Shown: piece after piece, positions 25,407 through 37,915 of the stretch
Layout: every line of letters begins with the position of its first letter
How positions within the stretch are numbered: the stretch's first letter is position 1
DNA from: Mytilus trossulus
Taxonomy: Eukaryota
Assembly: GCF_036588685.1 (NCBI RefSeq)
Contig: NC_086381.1
Location: 57,102,001-57,166,000 of the forward strand
Reading direction: 5' to 3'
Length of the DNA: 64,000 bases
Notes under the pieces: model-generated
What the model saw: only the letters and a program-made list of their open reading frames with translations
What the model was told of the DNA's origin: nothing
The model's database searches: none
Program-made: the position numbers and the translations under genes

Positions 25407-28400
25407 TTAACCAACGACATAAAAATGGGTGTATTAATTACAAAACTGTATCCTTAAATGTGCATTTGATAACGTTAAAAAAAAAGGTATACATTTTATC
25501 AGTAGTTAAAGTTTGCAAATAGATTATGGCCGCCATATAAACAGTTGCCCAAATGAATTATGGGCGGTATAAAAATCATCCACAAAAATAATGCATCGAA
25601 AATGACCTCTATGAGCTTAAATGAGAACAATGAGAGAAAAAAAAATGAAAAAAATGGGAATACATGTGCTGCAGAGAAAACTGGAGTAGTTACTACTGAT
25701 CATAATTAAGGTGGCTCGGGTGTCTTCTTCCTTCTTTGAATTTTAATTAGCAAACAACTTTTGATATAGATTTTTAATGGAATGTGCAAAAAGTGAGGGT
25801 AGTATTTATTTCATGTGTGCGACTTTTAATGTACATATAGTAAATTATGTGTTTTATCATATTTACGGTTGTAATTTCATAAATAAAAATCCATTTTTGT
25901 GTTTAATTTCTTTATTTCAACTTTGCCAAATAGCAGGGTAGATAACTCAGATAAAGTTATTCTATAATAAAAAGTTGTGTAGAACTACCTATTTCAATAT
26001 CTAGAAGGAAAAAAAAGTTCGGTGACCCCATATTTTTACTTTAACTATCTGAAAGCATGTTATAAGAGCTATTGGTGTAGTTTTTTTTTTATATCACTTA
26101 AATTGATTTTCAATGCATTATAAATTCAAAATCTGACAATTTTGCACAACTTGTAGTGTGATTAAAAGGCAGCTGATAAATACTTTTTATGACCCTTTTT
26201 TTTTAAACTTGATAAAAACTTCATTTTGACAAATTATTAAAAAAGTCTATGGATTTTTATAAAGACGTTCCAGCCACACTTACAACAAAGTCATTTCGCT
26301 TAACCACCACCAACCAAACAACTAGAATTTTTTAGCGAAAAGCAAATAATGTCATGATTAATTCACAATTAAAAAAGGAAAATCAAATCAAAATAAGTTT
26401 TAGTAGAGCTCAATTTTACTTGTATCTAGACATAGGGGGGTAAAACAAAACACCAACAGAGAGTGAAAAGAACGCCATTTGATGCACATGTTTCCATAGC
26501 AACTCAAAAATGATATTAAAAAGAAACGATTAATTAATATACTGTAAAAAAGATATGTAGAGATATTGTGGAGAGGACTTACATAGGATATGCATGTTGC
26601 CCAATCCAATTCAATGTATTTGAATAAAATATTGTTTAAACTAAAGATATGTATATTTTAAATGTTATTTACAATAAAACTCCTTCACACACATCTGTCA
26701 CAAACAAAACAAATTTTAATTCAAATTGCATGATGTTAACGAATTGAAACTGGAGCCTCGAAAATTTACTACTACATTGTTGTTACTAAGGTTTACACAC
26801 ACACTCCTTTTGAAAAATTTGAGCAATATACTGATCATGATAGAAATACTAATTTGATCAAATAATGAAATTCATACCAATGTTTGAAGAGGATTATAAA
26901 CAAAAATCACAATGACGCAATGTCGGCACTAACAAATCGGAAAAAAATATTTTATCGAAAAAATTTACAATTTCTGAGTAGTTTGATAACAAGCGAATAC
27001 CAAATTTATAGAATAAGCGTACACTTTACTCCGGCTCACTGACAAACCACAGCATTGTATAAACAAAACATTCATGCTCATATAGTTGCTTCAAATTAAA
27101 AGTTCTTTAAAAAAATTACTGATAAAAATCTTTACTCATAAATACAAATAGAAAATGAAAATAGAATTCAAACAACAAACGATAAGACATAACACAGAAG
27201 TTACTAGACTCACAAAAGAAATATCACAATAAACTGCATAACAATAAATACCGAGACGTGTCGTTTATAAATACGAATTCAATCGGTAAAACAGTCATTT
27301 AAATCCATTTAACTGAAATAACTTATTATTATCTTAATTTAAACTTAAATAAGCAAAACGAAAATAGAATGTAAACCACAAACCACAAAGACTTCACACA
27401 GTATTCAACCAGATTTACAACAAAAAACAACATGGATACTATATAGATAACAATTTCAAATTTGTATAGGAGTTGCTTCATTTCTGGTTTTTTTTATTGT
27501 AAATTGTTGTGTTATAGATATAGAGGCAACTTAAATTTCATGTCATGGACTTAAAGATGACAATACTGTATGTTTTTTCTCTTTTCTTTTTGTTGTTGGC
27601 CGTACGGTTGTACCAAGTCAAGAGTATGATATTTTGGTATCCATTCGTTTGATGTGTTTCAGCTTTTGCTTTTGGCATATGAGTAGGTACTTTCCTTTCT
27701 GAATTATCCTCTTAGTGTGTTTGTGATTTTACTTTTGCCTATAATTGCGTACATGCATTTCATTTGGATAGTTGTCTCATTGGCAATCATACAAATACCA
27801 CAACTCCTTTCTTATCATATTTGTCGCAGTTGGTCAATAATTAAGTCATTCATTGATGTCTTTCAACGATTTAATTTAACATGTTCGTCCTGTTTAAAAC
27901 TTCTACCTTTGAGTGACAAAGATGATCACAAAAGGTCAGCGAAACTTTGACTTTAACGAAATAATAAAAAACAACGTTATAATGATTAACAGCGGGATTT
28001 ATAAGGAGACGTCAACTCTATTGTAACCACGTTATTTGTGGGTTTTGCAAACAAAAGATAAGTTACCTGTAAAAAGTATTTATAACAAAAAGAAAGATTT
28101 GTGTTTTTAATATGCGTCACTTTAAGATATATTGGGGTTTGTTGTTTTTTTGGAGGGGAGGGGGATTTTGGTTGCACATGATAGTTTTGTACATGTATAC
28201 GAAATTATTGATGTTCTGATAAATGAAAACAATCAGACATGGATAATTTATTTACAAAACCTGGGGAGTAATCCAAAAAGGACAAAAAGTTAGATGTGAG
28301 AAAAATTTTACTTCAGCAGCAAAATTATTAGACACAAACAAAGTATTCTCGATTCTCGGTTTTCTAGAGAAAAAAGGACAGTTTCTGGAGGCTTTAATTT

Positions 28401-28421
28401 AGTTTTAATGATTTTATAGTA

Positions 28422-28793
28422 CCTTTGATAACTATTAACACCACTGGGTCGATGCTACTGCTGGTGGACGTTTCGTCCACGAGGGTATCACCAGCCCAGT
28501 AGTCAACACTTCGGTGTTGACATGAATATCAATAATGTGGTAATTTTTATAAATTTCCTGTTTACAAAACTTTGAATTTTTCAAAAAACTAATGATTTTC
28601 TTATCCCAGGCATAGATTACCTTAGCCGTATTTGACACATTTTTTTGGAATTTTGGATCCTCAATGCTCTTCAACTTTTTTCTTGTTTGGCTCTATAAAC
28701 ATTTTGATATGAGCGCACTGATGAGTCTGATGTAGACGAAACGAAATGCGCGTCTGGCGTACTAAATTATAATCCTGGTACCTTTGATAACTA
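28422..28793 (+). mobile_element. Full-length hammerhead retrozyme monomer (period 359 bp) with 9-bp TSD
   Basis: Terminal direct repeat CCTTTGATAACTATT at 28422 and 28781; TTTATAGTA at 28413-28421 and 28794-28802; internal hammerhead core. Confidence 0.8.
28713..28759 (+). ncRNA. Type I hammerhead ribozyme, degenerate copy
   Basis: CUGAUGA at 28718-28724, stem II GUCU/AGAC, GAAA followed by a 5-nt duplication (ACGAA), GUC then UGGCG; 1-nt loss in stem I. Confidence 0.65.
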
Positions 28794-28919
28794 TTTATAG
28801 TATTTTATATTTTAATGATGTATTAAGTGATGCAGGGAATCGTGTTTATCTTTACTGAAAGGTGACCTATCCACCAAAAAGTGTAGCAGATTACAGTAAG
28901 ACATGTTCAATTCATAATT

Positions 28920-30279
28920 TCTACATGAAATAATTAGCAAAGACCCATCGAAACAACATTTGATGCAAAAATTTACTATACTTTAGATATTTGGATGATA
29001 TATTGGCTCTCAATAATGACGACTTCAGTATGTATACTAAAGAAATTTATCCTGTTGAATTTACTTTAAATAAAGCTATTACTAACAATGATCATTGCCC
29101 TTTCCTCGATCTTGATATCAATATCATTAACAGGAAGCTTAATACAAAAATTTATGATAAAAGAGATGATTTTTCATTTCCTATTGTTAATTATCCATTT
29201 TTAGATGGTGACGTTCCCTTGTCACCATCTTATGGTGTTTATATATCTCAACTTGTACTATTCGCTCGTGTATGCAACAACTTATTAGATTTTAGCGAGA
29301 GAAATTTATGTATTACAGAAAAATTATTACACCAGGGTTTTCGATATCACAAACTGGTCAACACATTTACTAAATTTTATCACCGGTACAAGGAAATAAT
29401 TCGAAAATATAACTCAACATGCAGACATCTTATACGTTAAGGTATTTCACATCCAATTTGTTATGGTAGTATTCTTTACAAAGCACAAACATGTCAGTAT
29501 TCACCTCAAAAGCTTACAAAACCTTTAAACAGACTTATTAAGAAGGGATATAGTTACGATACTGTTGTCAGGTCAATAAAGATTGCATATGTTGGCTTTA
29601 ATATTGATTCACTTATAGTATCTTTGCATTGGAACTAAACACATTTATTTTGTTTAATAAAACAGTTGTTAGCATGACACGGGTTATGTTCTTCTCATAT
29701 ATTTTATGATAGTTTGATACTAAACCCCTAACGGGATGGAGTGTGCCTGAAATTCATATAATGAAGACATAATCTTTCAATCAGTTTAATTGAGGTCTGG
29801 AGCTGGCATGTCAGTTAACTGGTAGTAGTCTGTTGTTATTTATGTATTATTGTCATTTTATTTATTTTCTTTTGTTACATCTTTTGACATCGGACTCGGA
29901 CTTCTCTTGAACTGAATTTTAATGTGCGTATTGTTATGCGTTTACTTTTCTACATTGACTAGAGGTATAGGGGGCGGGTTGAAATCTCATAAACATGTTT
30001 AACCCCGCCGCAATTTTGCGCCTGTCCCAAGTCAGGAGCCTCTGGCCTTTGTTAGTCTTGTATGATTTTTAATTTTAGTTTCTTGTGTATAATTCGGAGT
30101 TTAGTATGACGTCCATTATCACAGTACTAGTATACATATGTTTAGGGGCCAGCTGAAGGACACCTACGGGTGCGGGAATTCTTGCTACATTGACCACCCA
30201 TTGTGGCCTTCGGCTGTTGTCTGCTCTGTGGTCGGGTTGTTGTCGCTTTGACACATTAACCATTTCCTTTCTCAATTTT
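28920..30279 (+). mobile_element. 5'-truncated Penelope-like retroelement: RT C-terminal half plus 3' tail
   Basis: FRYLDDIL (YxDD), PFLDL, KIYDKRDDFSFPIVNYPFL, YGVYISQL; premature stop at 29438-29440 with the frame continuing (GISHP..YG...YK) to 29638. Confidence 0.8.
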
Positions 30280-31157
30280 ATGTAATACAATGTCTATTTG
30301 TTCGAATTATATAAAAGAACCACTATTGATCTATTAAGTATACATGATACTTTGATTACATTTTTGGACTATAATGTTTATAATTTGTTAGATAGAGTTA
30401 TATATCTTTTTGTAACTCAACCTCATCGTTATTTTTATTTCTTGGTGAATTACAGTTCAAATCTATCTTAAACTTTCCGCTTTAACTAAATCGACTAGAT
30501 TCGCTTTATGTCGTGTTTTTACTCAGACACATATGGTTTAAACTCATATGTCGTTCCCTAATGTATATATAATATAGAACGTTTTACCTTGCACAGACCT
30601 CGGGTGATCTTAGGGCAAAACAATTTTTAAATACATACAAAATATGTATTGCAATCGATCAAAGTTAAGAAAATCCAGAATTGAAAGTAAAGCATGGCAC
30701 CACACTGAGACTTCTTCATGTAAATGCGTATTGTCTTTTGAATAATGCTTTATTTTTCCATTTTTTACTTTATTTTGTTTTCAGTTGATGGTTTTCTTAC
30801 TGAAGACTTTCTTTAACTAGTTTGTCTATATGTTTAGTGTTCTTGTTTGTTGATTATATTAAATATTGTTGTCAATGGTTTCAAAACGAGAAGTCGACAA
30901 ATATATATTATATTAAATAGTTATTATTATAGTAGTAAATGTATAATAGTTTTTATAACAGCTGTATTTTATGCATGTAAGAATTTAAAGAATCGTTACG
31001 AAGTCAGGAAAGGTGAAATAATATATAAATAAGCCTTTAATATGCCAACAAGCCAACCATTGTATCCATGTTTTTTTTCAGTCTAACTTTTCAACGAGTG
31101 CGAATTTAAAATTTGCCATGAGGATTTGCTATTCTTTCCTTACCTGGACAGTGTAAA

Positions 31158-31575
31158 ACATAGAGATAGGAAATCGTGGTATGAGTGTCAATGAGACAAC
31201 TCCGCAAGTCAACAATTTATAACAGCAAACCATTATAGGCCAAGGTACGGTCTTCATCACGAACTTTGGATCACACGAACAGCAAGCTATAAAGGTCTCC
31301 CAAAAATTACTATAATTGAAAAACCAATCAAACGGGAAAACCAACGGTCTAATCTATATAGATATATAAACATGAAACGAGAATCTCTTATGAACCACAT
31401 CAACAAACGACAACTACTAATTAACATAAACATCAGCTTCCTGACTAATGACAGGTTCAAACGGTTGCAGCGTGTTTGAACTTTTTAATGGTACGAAACC
31501 TTCGCCTTTAGCTAAAACAATAGTGTAACATCACAACATAGAAAGACACACTACAAGATATCAGCTGAAACGGCT
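31158..31575 (-). repeat. Dispersed repeat family A copy
   Basis: GTGGTATGAGTGTCAATGAGACAACTC end in reverse orientation. Confidence 0.65.
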
Positions 31576-31730
31576 GTATATATGCAAGAACACATTTTAA
31601 AGTGATCTGAAAGAATATATACGTATAAGTGTCATTCAACCTGAATTTTATTTATTATGTGTTTTACATTTAACCTGTTTAATGACAAACTGTCGTTTCA
31701 GGCTTCCTGATTCTTGCACCTTGTTTGTGC

Positions 31731-32073
31731 TTAATCCTTCCTTACGCATTTCTTGTAGGAACAGGTATATCCTTCACAGCAGTCGTTTTTTCGTTGACAC
31801 GTCATTCCTCTGCATGACTTGCAGTTTCCGTAAACGCAATTTGAATCTGTACAGCAGTCACGTGTCTTTTTGCATGTTCTTGGGAGACAGGACTTGCAGT
31901 TTCCGTAAACACAGCTAGAATCATCACAGCAATCACGGGTATTTTTGCATTTCCTAGGGTTACATGCCTTGCAGTTTCCGTAAACGCAAGTAGAACTAGA
32001 ACAACATTTACGATACCGGCAACTTTGTCCATCATTCACACATGGTGGTGTAGGTTTACTTCTTTTCACAAGA
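31731..32073 (-). CDS. CRP-I: CRP-I gene 3, exon 4: (N)LVKR-SKPTPPCVNDGQSCRYRKCC...CVRKD, four Cys modules; precursor 147 aa
   Basis: TTTCAG acceptor at 32074-32075, open frame to 31731, 24 Cys, AATAAA near 31650. Confidence 0.93.
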
Positions 32074-32630
32074 CTGAAAGAAGATAAGTGTAAAGGAGCA
32101 ATCAGTTTATTTCAATGGGGGTATGTTATCTCTGAGTCATAGATGATTTTTCGCAAACACTTTTATTTAGTTATTCGACGCTATCAATTAAATTATTTAA
32201 GTGAAATCTGGACTGAGAGTATTTTTTTGTATCAAATCAGGGGGGGGGGGGATTTTTTAAGAAAGAAATCCCTAACCCCAGTCCCCTTCCTTCTCACGTG
32301 AGTTCAATTGTCGTTTCCAAGGAAAGTGTTCAAGAAAAGATATATATTATTATGAAAGTTGTTCTCGGAGCGATTTACATACATTTAATCTTTGACTAAA
32401 ATAACTTAAAGTAAGAGAGAAACATCTTACCAGCAATTGATCACGTTCGATAATACCAACAATAATAACAGCTATTATAGATATAGATGTTTTCTAACAA
32501 TTCCTTTAAGTCTTACTTCTAGGCTTATACCTTGTATTTAACCAGTTATGTCACAAAGTGTTCTTTTTTATTTCAAATATAGAACACACATCAGAGTACA
32601 TATATCGTGTATATAATCATGATAATTAAC

Positions 32631-32842
32631 TACTGTGGATTCATTTATTTTCGTGGGGATCAATTTTCGTGGATTGAGGAAAACTTAAATTTTCGTGGGT
32701 ATTCGAATTCGTGGTTTGCCGGTTTCTGTGTACAAAGCGTATATAAAATTTGTAGTTCGTTGAACATATGAATTCGTGGTTCACCTATACCCACGAAAGC
32801 CACGAAAATTGGTTTTCAACGAATAATAAAGAATCCACAGTA
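32631..32842. mobile_element. MITE with TA flanks in gene 3 intron 3
   Basis: TACTGTGGATTC.TTTATT / AATAAAGAATCCACAGTA inverted ends; internal TTCGTGG / CCACGAA motifs. Confidence 0.8.
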
Positions 32843-33674
32843 TGCATTTTGTCTGTAAATTTATGGAGCATTACTACTTTACATATCCGTTTTTCCTTGT
32901 GATAATTCATTAAATATAAGCCTGATGTTGATGAGTTTTTTACAAGTATAACATTACTCCCGAAAATAAAACGGCGCTAAATTTCGAAGTATACGAATGT
33001 CATAACCTGTAATGCATATTCAGTTGATGGCTCATCTATTAAATCATTTGCCTTAATTTTGTTGCCTAAATTAATCGAACGATTTCGTTTTGCTTCTTGG
33101 CTTCGAATATCGTAGTATCTCTTTTTTTTAAACATTAAATGTAATCTTGGATTGTAAAAAAGCAGAACACAATTGGTCTATTTTTTTACATAAATCTGAA
33201 AATTGTCAGACAAATTATCAATGAATAAATTGAAAAAAATGTATAAGAAGCTTTTGTACATGTATGTTTGCAAAAACACTTTTCCACCAGACACTAGTTA
33301 ACGTACTGATTAACAGATAAAATGCAATTTATGGCCTGCAACAATGAGTAAAAATTGGATTTGTTGTTATAATTGTAGTGATTTATTTCATAATATGCAT
33401 TATTTAGACTGCTCTATTGAAACCGATTTTTTTTTTAATCTGATCAATTTTTCAGCTAAGTTTATAAGGGAAGATAAATCAATTAGAATAGAATGGTGAT
33501 AAAACTTATATTTTCTTCTTGGAATAAGGCACACTTTTTAATTTGAATTTTCTTATATTACTTCATAAAACCCATATACTTATATTTTATTTCCAATTAT
33601 GTAGTATCTTCTGATCTCTAACTCTTTAGAATTTAAACACACAATGTAGATCGTAGATGAAACTTCTAACTTAC

Positions 33675-33723
33675 TTATGGGCCAGCTCATTCTCTTCCAT
33701 CAGTTCGTCATTAGCCATGGTGA
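33675..33723 (-). CDS. CRP-I: CRP-I gene 3, exon 3 (pro region, VTMANDELMEENELAH)
   Basis: 49 nt, TTCCAG / GTAAGT. Confidence 0.9.
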
Positions 33724-33957
33724 CTGGAAGTAAAGTAATTTAAAAATTTCAGTATCGTGATTATGGTCGCTTCTAAGGCTAATATCAGAAGATCGTGAAA
33801 GCTGACATACTCTTCGCTGTTTTGAAATGATTTCTCTAGTAAGAAATCTTAATTGATGAAACAACTTTTACGGTTCTTCACTATTGAAATCGCGATTCGG
33901 GGACAAACAAGTGAATCAAAACAAGTTATCAAATACAAAACGTGCTTATTTGTTTAC

Positions 33958-34009
33958 CTCCAACAAACACCAACAACAGACTTGCGACTAAACAAATAGA
34001 AACCTTCAT
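33958..34009 (-). CDS. CRP-I: CRP-I gene 3, exon 2 coding part (signal peptide MKVSICLVASLLLVFVG)
   Basis: ATG at 34009, 52 nt, GTAAAC donor. Confidence 0.9.
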
Positions 34010-35227
34010 TCTTCTTTTTTATCTTCTCTGCAAGATACTACAAAAATAAATTACGTAGTTATCAGTTATATCTTGTATGGTAATAATTCGTTGAAAAAGA
34101 AAATGATGTCGCAATTTTTGAAAGAAAAAAAATTATGATTTTGAACAAGCTGTCTGCTTTGATTATGGTTATTTCACTTTTTTAGACAGTTGTTTTACAT
34201 CTTTACTGGCATAAAATACATGCTGTGTACAGCTGAATATCTCAAACATGTCAATCAAGTAGATATTGACATGTACCATAAATTAAAGCAAACTTCAAAA
34301 CGAGTCATAATGTTCTCTTTTAATCCAGCATTTCATATATGCCACGAAAAACCTTGCAGGTGAATTAGTTTCTTGTATTACAAATACAGGTATATTATGT
34401 GTGCCTGTATTTAAAATCAGAAAAAATTAAAACTTCTATAAACTACATTTCAATGAAGCCAAATGAACTTGAAATGTGTCTTTGGTTCAATACACTTTTC
34501 ATTCGTCATGGTTTTTTTTTATATTTGCATATTTATTGTTTACTACAATAATAAATTTGCTTCCATATACATCGGACAATTTCATGTGAAGATCCGCACA
34601 ATTGATACACGTATTTAACAATTTATACTTTAGTGTCTCTAAGTATCTTTGATTTGGATATTCGTATCGAAATTTACATCAGAATAGCTTTTAAAAGATT
34701 ATAAAGTATTATTTAGATATTAAATAACACACTAATCGGATATTTATTCATACACGAGTTTCCAGTAATACAAAATAACATGAACAAAAACGGCAAAATC
34801 GTTGACACTTAAAAACATGCATTTCTATATTTTGAAATATTCAATAACTCATGTTTACTGTTAGAATGGTCGTGACAACCCATGTTACGTGCAACTACGA
34901 ATATATATCTCAGGTACATATTTACACTGTAACATGTTTCTAGCAATAACATTTTTGATCTGAAACGATCACACGATCAAGATAGTCTGAACAACAATAT
35001 ATTTAATGCAAACAAATTTGTCTGAACCGAACTGAATTTGGAGCATTGAAGAAGTTTAAAAATTAACTAAAAAAAGATTAAAATGACTCTTCCCTTCTTT
35101 ATAGAGCTGTTCAGGTCAAATGACTGTTGAAGACCTAACTTGGTTTACATGTGTATTCATTTAATCAAACAAACTATCAAACTATTCCTTTAATTGTTTT
35201 ACTGATAATGGATAAACTTGTACTTGA

Positions 35228-35432
35228 ATGAGCAAATGCAACTATTACTGTATTGTAGATGTCTGACTATTTACCTTTTTAATAATTTAAGCTTTTATAT
35301 CCGATTTTGAAGCTGATGACGTTATACATCCGATGAAATATAGTTTTTTTACAAGCATCCTATGGTGTAATTGTACTTCTTTTCACGGCTATTAATTAAA
35401 TTGCTCCAAAAATTTTAAGGTCCTCGCAGACT
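35228..35432 (-). promoter_or_regulatory. Gene 3 promoter, TATA box and exon 1 (canonical donor mutated)
   Basis: TATAAAAG at 35299-35292, CGTGAAA at 35387-35381; TTGCTCAT followed by TCAAGTAC instead of GTAAGTAC. Confidence 0.7.
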
Positions 35433-36617
35433 AATACAAAAAATGTGATTGCGACAATGATATATTACGTTGTTTGAATTGATAAGTTGAGGTAAACCCC
35501 CTCACATTGAAAAAAAAACAATGTCATCCAGTGATACTATTTGTCTTGGATGTTAAATTGAATGCATTAGAGCCTTTTATTAAATGATACGAGCAGATCA
35601 TCCCTAATACGTATAAAACAGCATGCACAATACTAGTAGGCCTGTCGATATCATATTGCTTTTTGGTCCAATACAGGGTTAATACGAAAAAAGCTGCATA
35701 GACCCTGTTATAGATTGTTATAAATTGTCGATCAGCTGTTTTGGCTCTCTCGGGTCCAATACAGCTTACCTCGAATATATAACAGAGCCAATACAGAAGC
35801 AGCCAGTTAATAACACTATAGTATTTGTTTACTATCTGTGGGTAATATGGTTGAATATATTAAGTATCGGATTTTGACGAATGCGACGAAAGTTAAGCTT
35901 CAAAAGCTAATACAAAGATCATTATTAGGACAAAAAGAGTCTTTGTTAAAATAGATTTGTTCGAAAAAAAATATTGAATATAACTGTCATAAGGATAGTT
36001 TACTATTGTTATGATTTTTGTTTTATTTTGGTGAATCAAATACTTACAAAAATATGGAGCTATTTCTAAATTGATTTTTCTTCTCTTTTTTTTTGACAAA
36101 CCACTGGAAACTGCTCACGTTTAAAAACAGGGATAAAACAGTAATTCGGTAAATAAAAGATAAACATAATAGAAAAAAAATCAACTACATCGATTGGAAA
36201 ACGGATTATGCTAATCATCTTTGTTTTTACGATGGTTATACTAATGAAAGCTGTCAAAAAACTTAGCACCGATAATCATCTTAACGCATCTGCCGACATA
36301 CATGTACAGTTAATTATAGGATCCCACTGTGTTGTTGGACGTCCTTTCATGGTTAATGGTCCTTCACACGACTGACACATTATTGTGTTCTCTTAATCAA
36401 TTTTAACAGGTAAACTTCCTTCTTTATATATCATTATTTGTTTGCAACATGTAATTTAATTGTTTAATTGTTTACTGTGTAAAAAGCATGTCCAAAGATT
36501 ATTAATAGCTGCAAAAATATTTAATTGTTCATGGATGTAACAACATCGCTCTACTTATTTTTGTTTTGAATAGGTACGACTGGAAATCCCCAAGTGATAT
36601 TTATAGTAATGTGTGTT

Positions 36618-36795
36618 GTTTTCCCGTTTGAATGGTTTTACACTAGTAATTTTGGGGCCATTTATAGCTTGTTGTTCGGTGTGAGCCAAGGCTCCGTGTT
36701 GAAGGCCGTACTTTAACCTATAATGGTTTAATTTTTAAATTGTTATTTGGATGGAGAGTTGTCTCATTGGCACTCACACCACATCTTCCTATATC
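36618..36795 (+). mobile_element. Family A repeat insertion; empty paralogous site near 49933
   Basis: Flanks ATAGTAATGT.TGTT | TATCAAAATGTATCAGAC are contiguous in the paralogous block 49615-50040. Confidence 0.8.
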
Positions 36796-37194
36796 TATCA
36801 AAATGTATCAGACAGGTCGTATTCGGTTTATGACTTGTAAAAAGTAGACACACATGGTATGATAATTTTATAGTACAATGTATGAATTATAAAATGAACT
36901 GTCAGCTTCGGTGAAACCCTCTCATAGGAAAACATCTTTTATCGAATAACATTATTCAGCAAATAACATAATGCTTAAAAATTAAATTTTCAACTTAAAA
37001 ATATGCGTTTGCAAAAATATGTGGGTCTTTTTTTTTTTTGTTAACAGTGGTCTATGGTAGTTGTTTTCTAATAGCTTAAACATGTTATATCGACCTGGTT
37101 TTGGTGAAATAGAATTTTGTAAAATATTGTCATTTCAATAAGCAAAGATATATTAACCAAAGTCGAGGTAATGGCGGACTCTTCTAACGCATGT

Positions 37195-37915
37195 CAATGC
37201 AAAAATATATAAATGATGCTCTAACATTAAATAATTCAAAGTTTTGTGACTATTTCGAACACATCTATCCCATCAAACTAGAGATAAAGGATAAAACATA
37301 TAAAGTTAAGTCTGCCTCATATCTTGACTTACATCTAGATATTGACAATGAGGGTCGGTTGGAAACAAAACTTTGTGACCAAAGATATAATTTCAGCTTC
37401 CCAATTGTGATTTTTCCATTTCTATGGAACAATATTCCTGTAGCGCCTCCAAACGGAGTATATATCTTCCAACTGATACGTTACTCTCGGGCTTGTATTT
37501 CCTGTCATGATTTCCTTGATAGAGGTTTGCTGCTTACACGGACGCTATTAAACCAAGAGTTCCAAAAGGTGAAGTTTTAATCATATTTTCGTAAATTTTG
37601 CGGACACCATCACGAGTTGGTTGACTGTTATAGAATAACCGTTTCACAGATAATATCGGATATGTTCCTTATGTCGTAACAATTTCCTACCCTTTTACAC
37701 AAATTTGACTCACCAAATTTTACTATTTGCCGCGTTAACAATAGCAACACAACTGAGAACCTCTGTGTGGTGGGGTTCGTGTTTCTTAGTCCTGTTATGT
37801 TATGTCTTGTGTACTGTTATTTGTCTGTTTGTCTTTTTATGTGTTGGCAATGGCGTTGTCAGTTTATTTTCGATCTATGAGTTTGACTGTCTCTTTGCTA
37901 ACTTTCGCCTCTTTT
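37195..37915 (+). mobile_element. Second, more decayed Penelope-like RT fragment running into the family B tail
   Basis: KYINDAL (broken YxDD), HIYPIKLEIKD, ASYLDL, GVYIFQLIRYSRAC; followed by the family B repeat. Confidence 0.75.

Noticed and set aside
35313-35345. CTGATGA...GAAA as another hammerhead
   Set aside because: No convincing stems, and it lies in the conserved promoter block whose paralogs lack the motif
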